Notes under the pieces: generated by a model
The model's input: only the letters and a program-made list of their open reading frames with translations
Database searches by the model: none
What the model was told of the DNA's origin: nothing
Translations under genes and position numbers: made by a program
Shown here: one piece after another, positions 1 through 10,500 of the stretch
Position numbering within the stretch: the stretch's first letter is position 1
Layout of the letters: the number at the start of each line of letters is the position of its first letter
Assembly: GCA_045646345.1 (NCBI GenBank)
Contig: JAZRKN010000006.1
Location: 32,001 to 96,000, forward strand
DNA: 64,000 bases
Direction of reading: 5' to 3'
From: Candidatus Scatovivens sp.
Lineage (GTDB): Bacteria > Bacillota > Clostridia > TANB77 > CAG-508

Positions 1-10
1 TTGGTAATAA

Positions 11-2095
11 TTAATCTTCTTTTTTAGCTCTTGAAGCAACAATTGATTCAAGAATTGATTTTGGAACTTCTTCATAGTGAGAAGGTTCCATAGAGTATGT
101 TCCTCTACCTTGTGTTTTTGAACGTAAGTCAGTTGCGTAACCGAACATTTCAGAAAGTGGAATAAATGAGTGGATTTCTTGTAATCCATCACTTGCGTCC
201 ATTCCTTCCATTCTACCACGTCTTGAGTTTACGTCACCAATAACATCTCCCATGTATTCTTCTGGAACAACAATTTCAACTTTCATGATTGGTTCTAAGA
301 TAACTGATTGAGCTTTTCTACAACCTTCTTTGAAAGCCATTGATCCAGCAATTTTGAATGCCATTTCTGAAGAGTCAACATCGTGGTAAGAACCATCAAC
401 TAAAGTAGCTTTGAAGTCGATAACTGGGTATCCAGCTAATGTTCCGCTTTCAGCAGCTTCTCTAATTCCTTCTTCAACTGGTTTAATGTATTCTTTTGGA
501 ACAACACCACCAACGATTTTGCTCTCAAATTGAATACCTGTTCCTGGTTCTAATGGTTCCATTTCTAACCAAACGTGACCATATTGTCCTCTACCACCAG
601 ATTGACGAATGAATTTCCCTTCAACTCTAACTGCATTTCTGATAGTTTCTTTGTATGCAACAGATGGTTTACCTACAGCACACTCAACTTTGAATTCTCT
701 TTTTAATCTATCAACGATGATATCTAAGTGTAACTCACCCATACCAGCGATGATTGTTTGACCTGTTTCATGGTTTGTATATGTTTTGAATGTTGGATCT
801 TCTTCTGCAAGTTTTGCTAAAGCAATACCCATTTTTTCTTGATTTGCTTTATCTTTTGGTTCGATAGCAATATCAATAACTGGTTCTGGGAATTCCATTG
901 ATTCAAGAATTATTGGATGATCAGGATCACATAATGTATTTCCTGTTGTAACATCTTTTAATCCTACTGCTGCAGCGATATCTCCAGCATATACTTTATC
1001 AATATCTTCTCTAGTGTTAGAGTGCATTTGAAGAATTCTTCCGATTCTTTCTTTTTTATCTTTACTAGAGTTTAATACTGTTGATCCAGCATCTAATGTT
1101 CCTGAGTAAACTCTAAAGAAACATAATTTTCCTACGAATGGGTCTGTAGCAATTTTGAATGCTAAAGCAGCAAATGGTTCAGCATCTGATGTTTTAGCTG
1201 TTACTTCTTCCCCATCTAATGTTTCACCTTTAATATCAGCGATATCAAGTGGTGATGGCATATAGTCAATTATTGCATTTAATAATTCTTGTACACCTTT
1301 ATTTTTATATGAAGAACCACAAGTTACAGGAACTATTTTATTAGCTATTGTTCCTTTTCTTAAACCTAATTTGATTTCTTCTATTGATAATTCTTCACCT
1401 TCTAAGTATTTCATCATTAATTCTTCATCTTGTTCAGCAACAGCTTCGATTAATTTTTCACGATATTCAGCTGCTAAATCAACCATATCAGCAGGAATTT
1501 CTGTTTCTTCAACAACTTTTCCTAAATCATCTTTATGGATGAATGCTTTCATTTTTAATAAATCAACGATTCCTTGGAAGTTATCTTCTGCTCCAACTGG
1601 TAATTGAATTGGAACAGCATTTGCTTTTAATCTATTTTTTAATTGGTCTACACAAAGCATAAAGTTTGCTCCTGTGATATCCATTTTGTTTACATATACC
1701 ATTCTTGGTACCATGTATTTATCAGCTTGTCTCCAAACTGTTTCTGTTTGTGGTTGAACACCACCTTTAGCTGCTAATACTGTTACAGCTCCGTCAAGAA
1801 CTTTTAAAGATCTTTGAACTTCAACTGTAAAGTCAACGTGTCCTGGTGTATCAATAATGTTTATTCTATTATTGTTCCAGAAACAAGTTGTAGCTGCAGA
1901 AGTAATTGTTATACCTCTTTCTTGTTCTTGAACCATCCAGTCCATTGTTGCTCCACCATCATGAACTTCACCTAATTTGTGAGTTTTTCCAGTGTAAAAT
2001 AGAATTCTCTCTGTTGTAGTTGTTTTTCCAGCATCAATATGGGCCATGATTCCTATATTTCTTGTTCTTTCTAATGGATACGCTCTTCCAGCCAT
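11..2095 (-). CDS. fusA: Elongation factor G
   Basis: [22 protein letters not shown] and NKMD GTPase motifs; follows rpsL-rpsG; SD AAGGAGG. Confidence 0.99.
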   Translation of the reverse strand: MAGRAYPLERTRNIGIMAHIDAGKTTTTERILFYTGKTHKLGEVHDGGATMDWMVQEQERGITITSAATTCFWNNNRINIIDTPGHVDFTVEVQRSLKVLDGAVTVLAAKGGVQPQTETVWRQADKYMVPRMVYVNKMDITGANFMLCVDQLKNRLKANAVPIQLPVGAEDNFQGIVDLLKMKAFIHKDDLGKVVEETEIPADMVDLAAEYREKLIEAVAEQDEELMMKYLEGEELSIEEIKLGLRKGTIANKIVPVTCGSSYKNKGVQELLNAIIDYMPSPLDIADIKGETLDGEEVTAKTSDAEPFAALAFKIATDPFVGKLCFFRVYSGTLDAGSTVLNSSKDKKERIGRILQMHSNTREDIDKVYAGDIAAAVGLKDVTTGNTLCDPDHPIILESMEFPEPVIDIAIEPKDKANQEKMGIALAKLAEEDPTFKTYTNHETGQTIIAGMGELHLDIIVDRLKREFKVECAVGKPSVAYKETIRNAVRVEGKFIRQSGGRGQYGHVWLEMEPLEPGTGIQFESKIVGGVVPKEYIKPVEEGIREAAESGTLAGYPVIDFKATLVDGSYHDVDSSEMAFKIAGSMAFKEGCRKAQSVILEPIMKVEIVVPEEYMGDVIGDVNSRRGRMEGMDASDGLQEIHSFIPLSEMFGYATDLRSKTQGRGTYSMEPSHYEEVPKSILESIVASRAKKED

Positions 2096-2149
2096 TTTAT
2101 CCTCCTTATTTTTTAGAATGTCTAAGCTACTTTGCTTAGAATTTGAATT

Positions 2150-2620
2150 CTACCATTTGTAATGTGCGAAAGCTTTGTTAGCTTCTGCCATTCTATGTGT
2201 ATCTTCTTTTTTCTTGAATGCTCCACCGTTTCCGTTGATAGCATCGATTATTTCTCCTGCTAGTTTTTCAGCCATTGTTTTTTCATGTCTTTTTCTAGCA
2301 TATGTTACTAACCATCTTAAACCTAAAGTTTGTCTTCTTTCTGGTCTAATTTCTAATGGTACTTGGTATGTTGCTCCACCTACTCTTCTTGCTTTTACTT
2401 CAAGAACTGGCATTATGTTTTCTAATGCAGCTTCAAATACTTCTAATGGATCTTTTTGTTCTTTTTCTTTAATAATATCAAATGCACCATAAACGATACC
2501 TTGAGCAACTGATTTTTTACCATCTAACATTACGTTGTTAATTAATTTTGTAACAACTTTGCTATTGTATAATGGATCTGGTAACACATCTCTTTTTGCT
2601 ATAAATCCTTTTCTTGGCAC
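2150..2620 (-). CDS. rpsG: 30S ribosomal protein S7
   Basis: MPRKG...[11 protein letters not shown]...[10 protein letters not shown]; GTG start with SD AAGGAGG. Confidence 0.99.
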   Translation of the reverse strand: MPRKGFIAKRDVLPDPLYNSKVVTKLINNVMLDGKKSVAQGIVYGAFDIIKEKEQKDPLEVFEAALENIMPVLEVKARRVGGATYQVPLEIRPERRQTLGLRWLVTYARKRHEKTMAEKLAGEIIDAINGNGGAFKKKEDTHRMAEANKAFAHYKW

Positions 2621-2782
2621 TATTCTTCCCTCCTTATAAATTTTTGTTTAGTGTTTAAATATTTGTAACACTAAAGGTACTCTGGAAAGTTTTACTTTCC
2701 CGTAATAGCGCAAATTGTTTTTTACTATATATTAATAAAAAAGAATTATGCACTATTATCAATTAATAAATTTACCTAATTT

Positions 2783-3196
2783 TTATTTTTTAGGTCTTTT
2801 TGCTCCGTATTTAGATCTAGCTTGCATTCTATCTTTAACGCCTGCTGTATCTAATGTACCTCTTATGATGTGGTATCTAACACCAGGTAAATCTTTTACC
2901 CTTCCACCTCTGATAAGTACAACACTGTGTTCTTGTAAGTTATGTCCTACACCTGGGATATAAGATGTTACTTCATATCCGTTTGAAAGTTTAACCCTAG
3001 CTACTTTTCTTAAAGCTGAGTTTGGTTTTTTAGGAGTAACTGTTTTTACAACTGTACAAACACCTCTTTTTTGTGGAGCTCTATTATCAGTTTGAACTTT
3101 TTTTCTTGAGTTATAACCTTTTTGTAGAGCTGGAGCTGTTGATTTTGTTGTAGAAGTTTTTCTTCCTTTTCTTACTAATTGATTAATTGTTGGCAT
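2783..3196 (-). CDS. rpsL: 30S ribosomal protein S12
   Basis: [32 protein letters not shown]. Confidence 0.99.
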   Translation of the reverse strand: MPTINQLVRKGRKTSTTKSTAPALQKGYNSRKKVQTDNRAPQKRGVCTVVKTVTPKKPNSALRKVARVKLSNGYEVTSYIPGVGHNLQEHSVVLIRGGRVKDLPGVRYHIIRGTLDTAGVKDRMQARSKYGAKRPKK

Positions 3197-3269
3197 TCTT
3201 CTTTTTTCACCTCGTTTCTTTTATATAATATACGCTAAAATATAGATTTCCCTATATTACAGCGTTACT

Positions 3270-3298
3270 ATTTTATCATCTTTGTTACTAGTTGTCAA
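3270..3298 (-). promoter_or_regulatory. sigma-A-type promoter of the rpsL-rpsG-fusA operon
   Basis: TTGACA, 17 nt spacer, TAAAAT with TG extension on the minus strand. Confidence 0.8.
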
Positions 3299-3401
3299 TA
3301 CTTTCCTAAAACTTTAATTTTCATTGATTTCCCTAAGGTTTTTCTGATCTAAAATATTTTTTATTCCATAGAATTATAACTGTTTTTTTACGTACAAAAA
3401 T

Positions 3402-3450
3402 AAAAAAAACCCTGAACTACAGGGTGATTTTACTCACCATGTAGTCAGAG
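3402..3450 (-). terminator. Intrinsic terminator of the GC-rich 100-aa gene
   Basis: CTCTGACTACATGGTGA-loop-TCACCCTGTAGTTCAGGG followed by T8; a second hairpin AAACCAGA/TCTGGTTT lies at 3453-3470. Confidence 0.75.
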
Positions 3451-3478
3451 CCAAACCAGAAGTCTGGTTTACCTGTTT

Positions 3479-3781
3479 TTACTCCTCATCAAAGAACTCT
3501 TCAAAGCTTTCATCTTCATCCTTACGACGTCTGAAAACGATAACCTCTCCATTGCGTCTCATTTCGGCATAGCCAAAAATCACGCCACAGATGATAGTCG
3601 TAACAGCAATGGTAAGAAGAATCTTCCAACCAAGAGCCCAAATCCAAGCAAACAACGCTCGGACGATACTTGCCGCCAAGGCAAGAGCTGCCAGTGCCGC
3701 GATTACGCCAATTATGACGATAATATTGCGGGTAATCGGATTGGTGGCCTTCGGGACTTTGTTCAGGATTTTCTTAAGCAT
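3479..3781 (-). CDS. Hypothetical small membrane protein (100 aa, 2 predicted TM segments, acidic C-terminus)
   Basis: Start moved from 3826 to ATG 3781, which has SD AAAGGGG; about 46% GC by hand count (138/300) versus about 26% in the neighbour; own promoter and terminator. Confidence 0.75.
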   Translation of the reverse strand: MLKKILNKVPKATNPITRNIIVIIGVIAALAALALAASIVRALFAWIWALGWKILLTIAVTTIICGVIFGYAEMRRNGEVIVFRRRKDEDESFEEFFDEE

Positions 3782-3863
3782 AAACTTACCCCTTTCGGTA
3801 ACTGTGTTTTTTTGTTTGATAGCCAAAAAAGTAGTACTTCAAACACACAGGTTACATATATAT

Positions 3864-3892
3864 ATTATACCATATTTTTACAGAAAAAGCAA
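3864..3892 (-). promoter_or_regulatory. sigma-A-type promoter of the 100-aa gene
   Basis: TTGCTT, 17 nt spacer, TATAAT with TG extension; the -35 overlaps the upstream terminator U-tract. Confidence 0.7.
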
Positions 3893-3919
3893 AAGCACGA
3901 ATTTAACATTCGTGCTTTT
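3891..3919 (-). terminator. Intrinsic terminator of the 584-aa orphan
   Basis: AAAAGCACGAAT/ATTCGTGCTTTT inverted repeat. Confidence 0.8.
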
Positions 3920-3942
3920 TTACCTTTTACTATTTATATTTA

Positions 3943-5697
3943 TTATTCTCTTTCTTCTTCTTTTAAAGCTTCAGCTTCAGCTTGTTCTTTTACAGTGGCT
4001 AAATCAGCACTACCCTTTCCTTCTACAACAAGTCTTCTTTCAGCTTCTCTGAATTTTTTTGCTTGTGCTTGATCCAATTCCCAAGCCGCTCTTTTTTCAG
4101 GATGAGCTGCTTTATCATCTTCATATAATTTTCCTTCAACTTGTAATCTGATTTCACCATGTATTTTTTGTTTTAGTAAATCTTCATACCATTTATCTTG
4201 AGCCGTTTTAAATCCAAACAATCTTTTTAAATCACTAAGAATCGGAATATGATATGGTTTTCCTCTACTAGATGTTAATTTTCCAATATTATATTCATCT
4301 TCAACTAATTTTCTTAATCTTTTTTGTTCTGCCTCACTAACATTTTTACCATTATACACAGTATTATACACTTTGTTTGTAATATTCTTCAAATCTTCCG
4401 GTTTCGGATCATTAAAATCAATATCATTAGCAATTCTAGAATTTCTTCCTAAAAATTCTAGAGATAACCCTTTTCTTTCGTATTTTTCTCCTACTTCTGA
4501 ACCATCATAACCATGTTCTTTTAAGTATTTCAATTTTTCAAAAGCTTCTTTTGCACCTTTAAATTTATCAGGATTTGTTTTAGCTAAATCTTCCAACTCT
4601 TTAAATGTTCTATCATTTATCACTTTATCCAAAAGAACTTTATAATCAGCTGTTGAAAAATCTTCTTTACCTAATAATTCTTTAATTATATCCAAAGCTC
4701 TTTTTCCATCGGCATCTACTAATCCTAAAACTCCTTTGTTTTCATCAACCAATTGTACCATTTCTTGTTTTTTGGCTTGACTCTTTAATTCTAATGCCTC
4801 TTTTATTTTTTCTTGATCTTTAACTAGTGGTAAAATTGCTTTTAATACATTAGATTTTACTACCTTATCATTAATTCCTTTTTGGGCTAATTCTGATAAT
4901 TTTACTTTCCCCACACCTTGAACTTCTATTTCTTTATCCAAATCAGTTCCAGAAAGTAATTCTAAATGTTTCAATATTTCATCGAATTTTTTATCAGCCT
5001 CTTTATTATATCTTGGTTTACCTCTTTTTTTATCAGTTTTTTCTTGTAATGCTATAATCTCATCCGCAATTATATATTCTTTTGCACCATCTAATTCTGC
5101 AATTTCTGCAATTTTAGCTTCACTTGCTGTTTTAAATTTTTCCAATTCAACTTTTGGATCTTTCTTTCCATCTATTAATTTTTTTAGTGCTTTGAATCTA
5201 TTTTCTTCTTCCACCAACGCTTCAGCTGCAGCATATTTTTCATGAAAATTATCTAATCTATCTTCTTTTATCGCTTCCAACTGTTCCATAGTTTTAGCAG
5301 TTTTTATTTCTTTCACACCAACATTTTTGGCTGCATCTTGTATCGCTTTACTTGTTAAAGCTTCTATAACTTGTTGTAATGATTCAGTATTTAAATTAGG
5401 ATCATCTGCTATTAATATAGCTTGCATGTTCGCATCATTAATAATATTATCATCAATTAAAGCAATATAACCTTTTAATGACATTTTAGCTCTATTAATT
5501 TTAGCATCAGAGTCTCTTTCAATATCTTCTTTTATTTTTTTAGTTTCTTCGCTTAAGCTAACTCCTTCATAAAACGATAATTCTTCGTCTTTAGCCACCT
5601 TCAAGCTGTCAATTTCAATTATTGTCGCATCGATTTTTTCTTTTAATTTTTTTAAATACTCAATTTTTTTACTTATTTCAAAATTTGGTTCTGCCAT
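3943..5697 (-). CDS. Hypothetical 584-aa charged coiled-coil-rich protein
   Basis: Long ORF with SD AAGGAG; K/E-rich; no signal peptide or TM segment; no recognised family. Confidence 0.85.
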   Translation of the reverse strand: MAEPNFEISKKIEYLKKLKEKIDATIIEIDSLKVAKDEELSFYEGVSLSEETKKIKEDIERDSDAKINRAKMSLKGYIALIDDNIINDANMQAILIADDPNLNTESLQQVIEALTSKAIQDAAKNVGVKEIKTAKTMEQLEAIKEDRLDNFHEKYAAAEALVEEENRFKALKKLIDGKKDPKVELEKFKTASEAKIAEIAELDGAKEYIIADEIIALQEKTDKKRGKPRYNKEADKKFDEILKHLELLSGTDLDKEIEVQGVGKVKLSELAQKGINDKVVKSNVLKAILPLVKDQEKIKEALELKSQAKKQEMVQLVDENKGVLGLVDADGKRALDIIKELLGKEDFSTADYKVLLDKVINDRTFKELEDLAKTNPDKFKGAKEAFEKLKYLKEHGYDGSEVGEKYERKGLSLEFLGRNSRIANDIDFNDPKPEDLKNITNKVYNTVYNGKNVSEAEQKRLRKLVEDEYNIGKLTSSRGKPYHIPILSDLKRLFGFKTAQDKWYEDLLKQKIHGEIRLQVEGKLYEDDKAAHPEKRAAWELDQAQAKKFREAERRLVVEGKGSADLATVKEQAEAEALKEEERE

Positions 5698-5724
5698 TTT
5701 TTATTTCTCCTTTACTTTTTAAAT

Positions 5725-5892
5725 TTATTTTACTAAATTTTCAAGTACTTCTATTCTTGCCTTTATTTGTGCTACAACAGTCATATATTCTTGTAGTTCC
5801 TCTTTTGTCATTTGTTTTATTTCTTCTACAGTCATTGTTTGTTCTAATTGATTTAAGTATTTTTTGATATTTTCTAATTCATTTCTATCCAT
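5725..5892 (-). CDS. Hypothetical 55-aa helical protein (not in ORF track)
   Basis: MDRNELENIKKYLNQLEQTMTVEEIKQMTKEELQEYMTVVAQIKARIEVLENLVK; strong SD AAAGGAGG; promoter upstream. Confidence 0.75.
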   Translation of the reverse strand: MDRNELENIKKYLNQLEQTMTVEEIKQMTKEELQEYMTVVAQIKARIEVLENLVK

Positions 5893-5945
5893 TGTACTCC
5901 TCCTTTGATTCTCTCAAATTTTTGAGCATAATCACGACTATTATC

Positions 5946-5974
5946 ATTTTACCATATATTACCGTATTTTTCAA
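5946..5974 (-). promoter_or_regulatory. sigma-A-type promoter of the 55-aa/584-aa operon
   Basis: TTGAAA, 17 nt spacer, TAAAAT with TG extension. Confidence 0.65.
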
Positions 5975-5992
5975 TAGTTTTACATAAAAAAG

Positions 5993-7372
5993 TTACATTT
6001 TGCGAGTTATTTTCTCTATACTTCTTTCTGCTAGTTTTTTATATCTTTCTTTTTTATCTTTTATGTTAATTTCCAAAGGTGGTAATATTCCAAAATTAGC
6101 ATTCATTGGCTGAAAATTTTCATTTGGAGTAGCAATATATTGTGCAAGAGCACCTATTACTGTCTCATTTCCATATTCTACTTTATTTTGATCGTATTCT
6201 GTTCCCACATCATTTCCTTGACTATATATCTTATACATTAATACAGCATTTGTTCCAGCAACAAATCCAGACGCAATTGACTCTACATAGCCTTCTACTC
6301 CAGTTATTTGCCCTGCAAAAAATATTCTTCTATTATTCTTCATATTATATGTATTATCCAATACTTCAGGCGCATTTATATATGTATTTCTATGCATAAC
6401 ACCATATTTCACAAAATTCGCGTTTTGAAGACCTGGAATCATTGAAAATACTCTTTTTTGTTCTCCAAATTTTAAATTCGTTTGAAAACCAACAATATTA
6501 TATATATTTCCTTCTTGATTATCTTGTCTTAATTGCACAACAGCATAAGGCCTTTTTCCTGTTCTTGGATCATCAAAACCTACAGGTTTTAAAGGACCGA
6601 ATCTTAATGTATCAATTCCCCTTTTAGCCATTATTTCAATCGGCATACAACCTTCAAAAATTTCTCTTTTTTCAAATTCATGTAAAGTCACAACTTCTGC
6701 GTTTACTAATTCATTATAAAACGCTTCGTATTCTTCTTTGTTCATTGGAAGATTGATATAACTTCCGGATTCATTTTTAATTCTTTCCTTCCATACTTCT
6801 ATATCTTCTTCTTTTCCTCTTTCTTGAGAATATCTATCTCCATAAAAAGCAATATTCATATCTATAGTATCTTTTTCTACAATTGGAGCAGCTGCATCAT
6901 AGAAATATAATTTATCATTTCCTGTAATTTCAGCTATTTTTTCTGACATTTTCTCTGAAGTTAATGGTCCTGTCGCAATAATTACTATTGAATCTTCTGG
7001 AATTTCAGTCACTTCTTCTCTTATTATTTCAATATATTCATTTTCTTCTATTTTTTTAGTTACTTCTTCTGAAAATTTTTCTCTATCTACAGCAAGTGCT
7101 TGACCTGCAGGAACACTTACTGAATCTGCAATCGGAATCAGTTCACTTCCTAATATTCTTAATTCTTCTTTTAAAAGCCCACATGCATTTGTTAGTAAAT
7201 TTGATTTAAATGAATTACTGCAAACAATTTCCGCAAAGTTCTCATTAGAATGCGCCTCAGAAAACTTTGTTGGCTTCATTTCATATAATTTTACTTTTAT
7301 TTTCTTTTTTGCTATTTGCAGAGCAGCTTCACTTCCAGCCAACCCTGCTCCAATCACTATAATTTCTTTCAT
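5993..7372 (-). CDS. trmFO: tRNA (uracil-54) methyltransferase TrmFO (FAD/folate-dependent)
   Basis: [51 protein letters not shown]. Confidence 0.97.
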   Translation of the reverse strand: MKEIIVIGAGLAGSEAALQIAKKKIKVKLYEMKPTKFSEAHSNENFAEIVCSNSFKSNLLTNACGLLKEELRILGSELIPIADSVSVPAGQALAVDREKFSEEVTKKIEENEYIEIIREEVTEIPEDSIVIIATGPLTSEKMSEKIAEITGNDKLYFYDAAAPIVEKDTIDMNIAFYGDRYSQERGKEEDIEVWKERIKNESGSYINLPMNKEEYEAFYNELVNAEVVTLHEFEKREIFEGCMPIEIMAKRGIDTLRFGPLKPVGFDDPRTGKRPYAVVQLRQDNQEGNIYNIVGFQTNLKFGEQKRVFSMIPGLQNANFVKYGVMHRNTYINAPEVLDNTYNMKNNRRIFFAGQITGVEGYVESIASGFVAGTNAVLMYKIYSQGNDVGTEYDQNKVEYGNETVIGALAQYIATPNENFQPMNANFGILPPLEINIKDKKERYKKLAERSIEKITRKM

Positions 7373-7424
7373 ATTAACAAATTAGGTAACTATGTGAAAA
7401 CAATAGTTACCTAACTCCTTTCTT

Positions 7425-10307
7425 TTATATACTTGGTCCTTCATAATCAGATTGAGTATCTATATTTTTCACCTGATTCGTTTGAGGTGTTTGTGTTATT
7501 TGAGTTCCTTGCATTTTCATCGCATTTTCTTTTTGTTGTTCATACGTCACAATTGGTCCTTGATTTTTAAAATCATTTCCTTTAGAATCCTTTAACACGC
7601 TTACAGCATCTTTTCTAACTTCATCATGTTCTGGCTCTTCTTTCTTCTTTAACACTAACTTATTTTTTATACTACTTAATATATTAGTTAACATTGCCCC
7701 AAACTTTTTTAGCTTGTTTGTTTCTTCTATAGGAACCAACGCATTAGTTACAGCAGAACTATCCATCACAACAGCTTCTACATTACCATCACTTGATGAA
7801 GATGTTTCTCCATCCTCTAGAACATCTTTTAACGTTTCTTCTGCTCTGTTTTTAGGCTTCATTTCGTTTCCGCTTTGTGTCTTCATATCAGTTCTATCGT
7901 TCTTCAGTTCAACTTGAGAATTACTTCTATTCTCAAATGCGCTTATATTTCTACTAAGATGTACACGTCGTTTTAATTCTTCTACCCCACTAGTATCCAT
8001 TTCTTCTTGCATTCTTTCAATGGCCTTTTCAGCTTCCCTATCCGATATAGCTACTTTAGCATAGGGCCTAATATTGTTTGGTTTATGCACTACTTTATCT
8101 GCTCTTGTAACTATATTTGGACCATTACTAATTCTTTTTAATACTTTTTTTTGGGTTCGCTTCTCTTGTTGAATTTTATCTGCTCTAGCTATTTCTATCT
8201 GTTTAATAGACATCTCTGTGTTATCTCTATCTTCTAACTTAACAAATTGTTCTTCTTCTAACTCTGAATATTCTTCCAATTTATCTAAGACAAAATCATC
8301 TTTTCTCAATTCAGCCGCTTCTAATAATTCTTCAAAACTTTCATATTTATGATCAGATAATTCTGAATATTCTTGCAATAATAATTCTTTATCAATTGTT
8401 GGATTGCCATCTTTATCAAATGATATAAAATTTTTATATTTTGTATTCATAACCTCTAGTCTTCTCATAACCATTTGTGTAGCACAAAATCCAGGATTAT
8501 ATTCTATATATTTTAATCCAAGCAAAGTATTCCTCATGTAAGCCTTTTTATGTTCATCATCTAAATCCGTATATGTATTTCCTTTTTGTGCTTCCAAAGC
8601 ATCTTTAAGATAATATTTCATAATGTTTGAATTGACCATATTATCTTTATAAATCTCAAAATCAATTATACACTTTCTTCTACTATCTTCATTATCAATC
8701 CCTAAATTACCATGTTTATCTTCAAATTCTTTTATCTGAGCATTAATTTTTTCTAATCTCTCAGCCACATATGGATTGTCTGTTTTTTCTGAATATTGTT
8801 TTTGTAAAGCAATTAACGCTCCATATCTCAATTTTAATGCAGTATCTTTATCTTCAATCCAAGAGAATACAGTTAAATAATCATATAAATCATCATAACT
8901 GTCTGCTTGCTCTCTTGCAAATTTTATTTTAGAACCAATAAAATAATCTTTTAAAGCTTTTTTCTTCGAATCCTCATTAATCATATCCATACTTACATCA
9001 TCAAATGTTTGTTGTAAAATTGGTGTTTTATCATTAATAAGATATTCTTCCATAATATCATTTACTTGTTGATTTGCAAATACATACATTGAAGTAAATG
9101 ATAATTCTTCATCTGGAAAATTTACCCCCAATTCTTCTTTGGCTAATTTAGCAAACAACTTTCGTTGTTCTTTGGTTTTTTTTCTTGAAAAATCAAGATC
9201 TGGATAACGCTCTTGCAAAATAGCTTGTGCTTCGCTTACCATTTCTTGCAACGCAGGATCTGTTTTTCTAAAATATTGTAATGCTGATGTTATTGTTGTA
9301 AAAAACAATTTTCTTTCTTCGGTCGACATGTTTTGTGTTTCTTCCGGTGACATCCTTTTATATTTATCTATTTTAGATAATATAAATAATATTTTGTAAT
9401 TTTCTTTATATTTTTCAAACTCATCTAGTTCTGCTTTATCCATATCTCCATCTGGATTAATAATTTTCACATTTCCAACATATTCTGGATGTTTTTCATA
9501 AAATTCATCTCTTTTCTGTGCATATACAAATCCAGCATGCGTTCCTTTAAATTCTCTTACTTTTAATTCTAATTGAGTTATTTCAAACAAATCAGCATTC
9601 GCTTCATAATCTGATTCACTCAATTGTTCTTGAATATCATCAACAAAATCTTTTACCGTATCAGAAAATACCATTTCATCTGAATCCATCTCAACAAAAA
9701 CATCAAATTCATCTTTATTCTCAATATTATCAAACCAATTTTTTAAGGATTGAGAATTCATCATTAATTCCTGTATTTCTTCTACATAGTCCTTAAATCC
9801 TTTTTCTAATTCTGATCTATCTAAATTTAGAATATCATCTATGGAAATTGATTTAGTTAAATCAATCCCTTCAAAAGGATCTGTTAATATTCCTAATTCT
9901 AATCTTTGTTCATAACTAGCCTCAAAGTCAATTCTTCCAGATAAAGGATCAAGTACAATACCATTAGGCAATTCTGAAAAATATGTAACATATCTATCAA
10001 ATATTATTTTCAAAACATCCATAGCAGCGGTTTCTGTTGTAACATTTCCTGCTAAATCATTATATGTATCTAAGATCATTTCATCAGTCAAACCAACATT
10101 TTTTAATCTATTTAATTTCCTAATAACCGGATGATCGCTTTTTACAGTTAATAATTCATCTACTCTAAAAACACTATTAGACGCAGAATTGTACTCTTGC
10201 TCCGTCTCTTCCACATGGTCGTGAGAAGTAATCGCAACTTCACCTTTTTCAATCGCGTCTTGTTTTTTCTCTCTTATTGAATTTATTTCATTTGTACTTT
10301 CAGGCAT
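7425..10307 (-). CDS. Hypothetical 960-aa acidic protein
   Basis: Long ORF with SD; D/E/K-rich; no signal peptide; no recognised family. Confidence 0.85.
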   Translation of the reverse strand: MPESTNEINSIREKKQDAIEKGEVAITSHDHVEETEQEYNSASNSVFRVDELLTVKSDHPVIRKLNRLKNVGLTDEMILDTYNDLAGNVTTETAAMDVLKIIFDRYVTYFSELPNGIVLDPLSGRIDFEASYEQRLELGILTDPFEGIDLTKSISIDDILNLDRSELEKGFKDYVEEIQELMMNSQSLKNWFDNIENKDEFDVFVEMDSDEMVFSDTVKDFVDDIQEQLSESDYEANADLFEITQLELKVREFKGTHAGFVYAQKRDEFYEKHPEYVGNVKIINPDGDMDKAELDEFEKYKENYKILFILSKIDKYKRMSPEETQNMSTEERKLFFTTITSALQYFRKTDPALQEMVSEAQAILQERYPDLDFSRKKTKEQRKLFAKLAKEELGVNFPDEELSFTSMYVFANQQVNDIMEEYLINDKTPILQQTFDDVSMDMINEDSKKKALKDYFIGSKIKFAREQADSYDDLYDYLTVFSWIEDKDTALKLRYGALIALQKQYSEKTDNPYVAERLEKINAQIKEFEDKHGNLGIDNEDSRRKCIIDFEIYKDNMVNSNIMKYYLKDALEAQKGNTYTDLDDEHKKAYMRNTLLGLKYIEYNPGFCATQMVMRRLEVMNTKYKNFISFDKDGNPTIDKELLLQEYSELSDHKYESFEELLEAAELRKDDFVLDKLEEYSELEEEQFVKLEDRDNTEMSIKQIEIARADKIQQEKRTQKKVLKRISNGPNIVTRADKVVHKPNNIRPYAKVAISDREAEKAIERMQEEMDTSGVEELKRRVHLSRNISAFENRSNSQVELKNDRTDMKTQSGNEMKPKNRAEETLKDVLEDGETSSSSDGNVEAVVMDSSAVTNALVPIEETNKLKKFGAMLTNILSSIKNKLVLKKKEEPEHDEVRKDAVSVLKDSKGNDFKNQGPIVTYEQQKENAMKMQGTQITQTPQTNQVKNIDTQSDYEGPSI

Positions 10308-10454
10308 TTTTTCCCCACCATATACTTATAATTTAATAATTTTATTATAGATATTTATCATTAAATTTGCAATTACAAACAGATTACATTTTTCTGCTTT
10401 TCCCTTTTATTCCCTAATCGTTTTATTTCCCTAAATTTTCTTTAATTTAAAATT

Positions 10455-10490
10455 AAAAAAACAAAAAGAGTATGTTTTTTACATACTCTT
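10455..10490 (-). terminator. Intrinsic terminator of topA
   Basis: AAGAGTATGT/ACATACTCTT inverted repeat followed by a U-tract on the minus strand. Confidence 0.75.
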
Positions 10491-10500
10491 CTCATAATAT

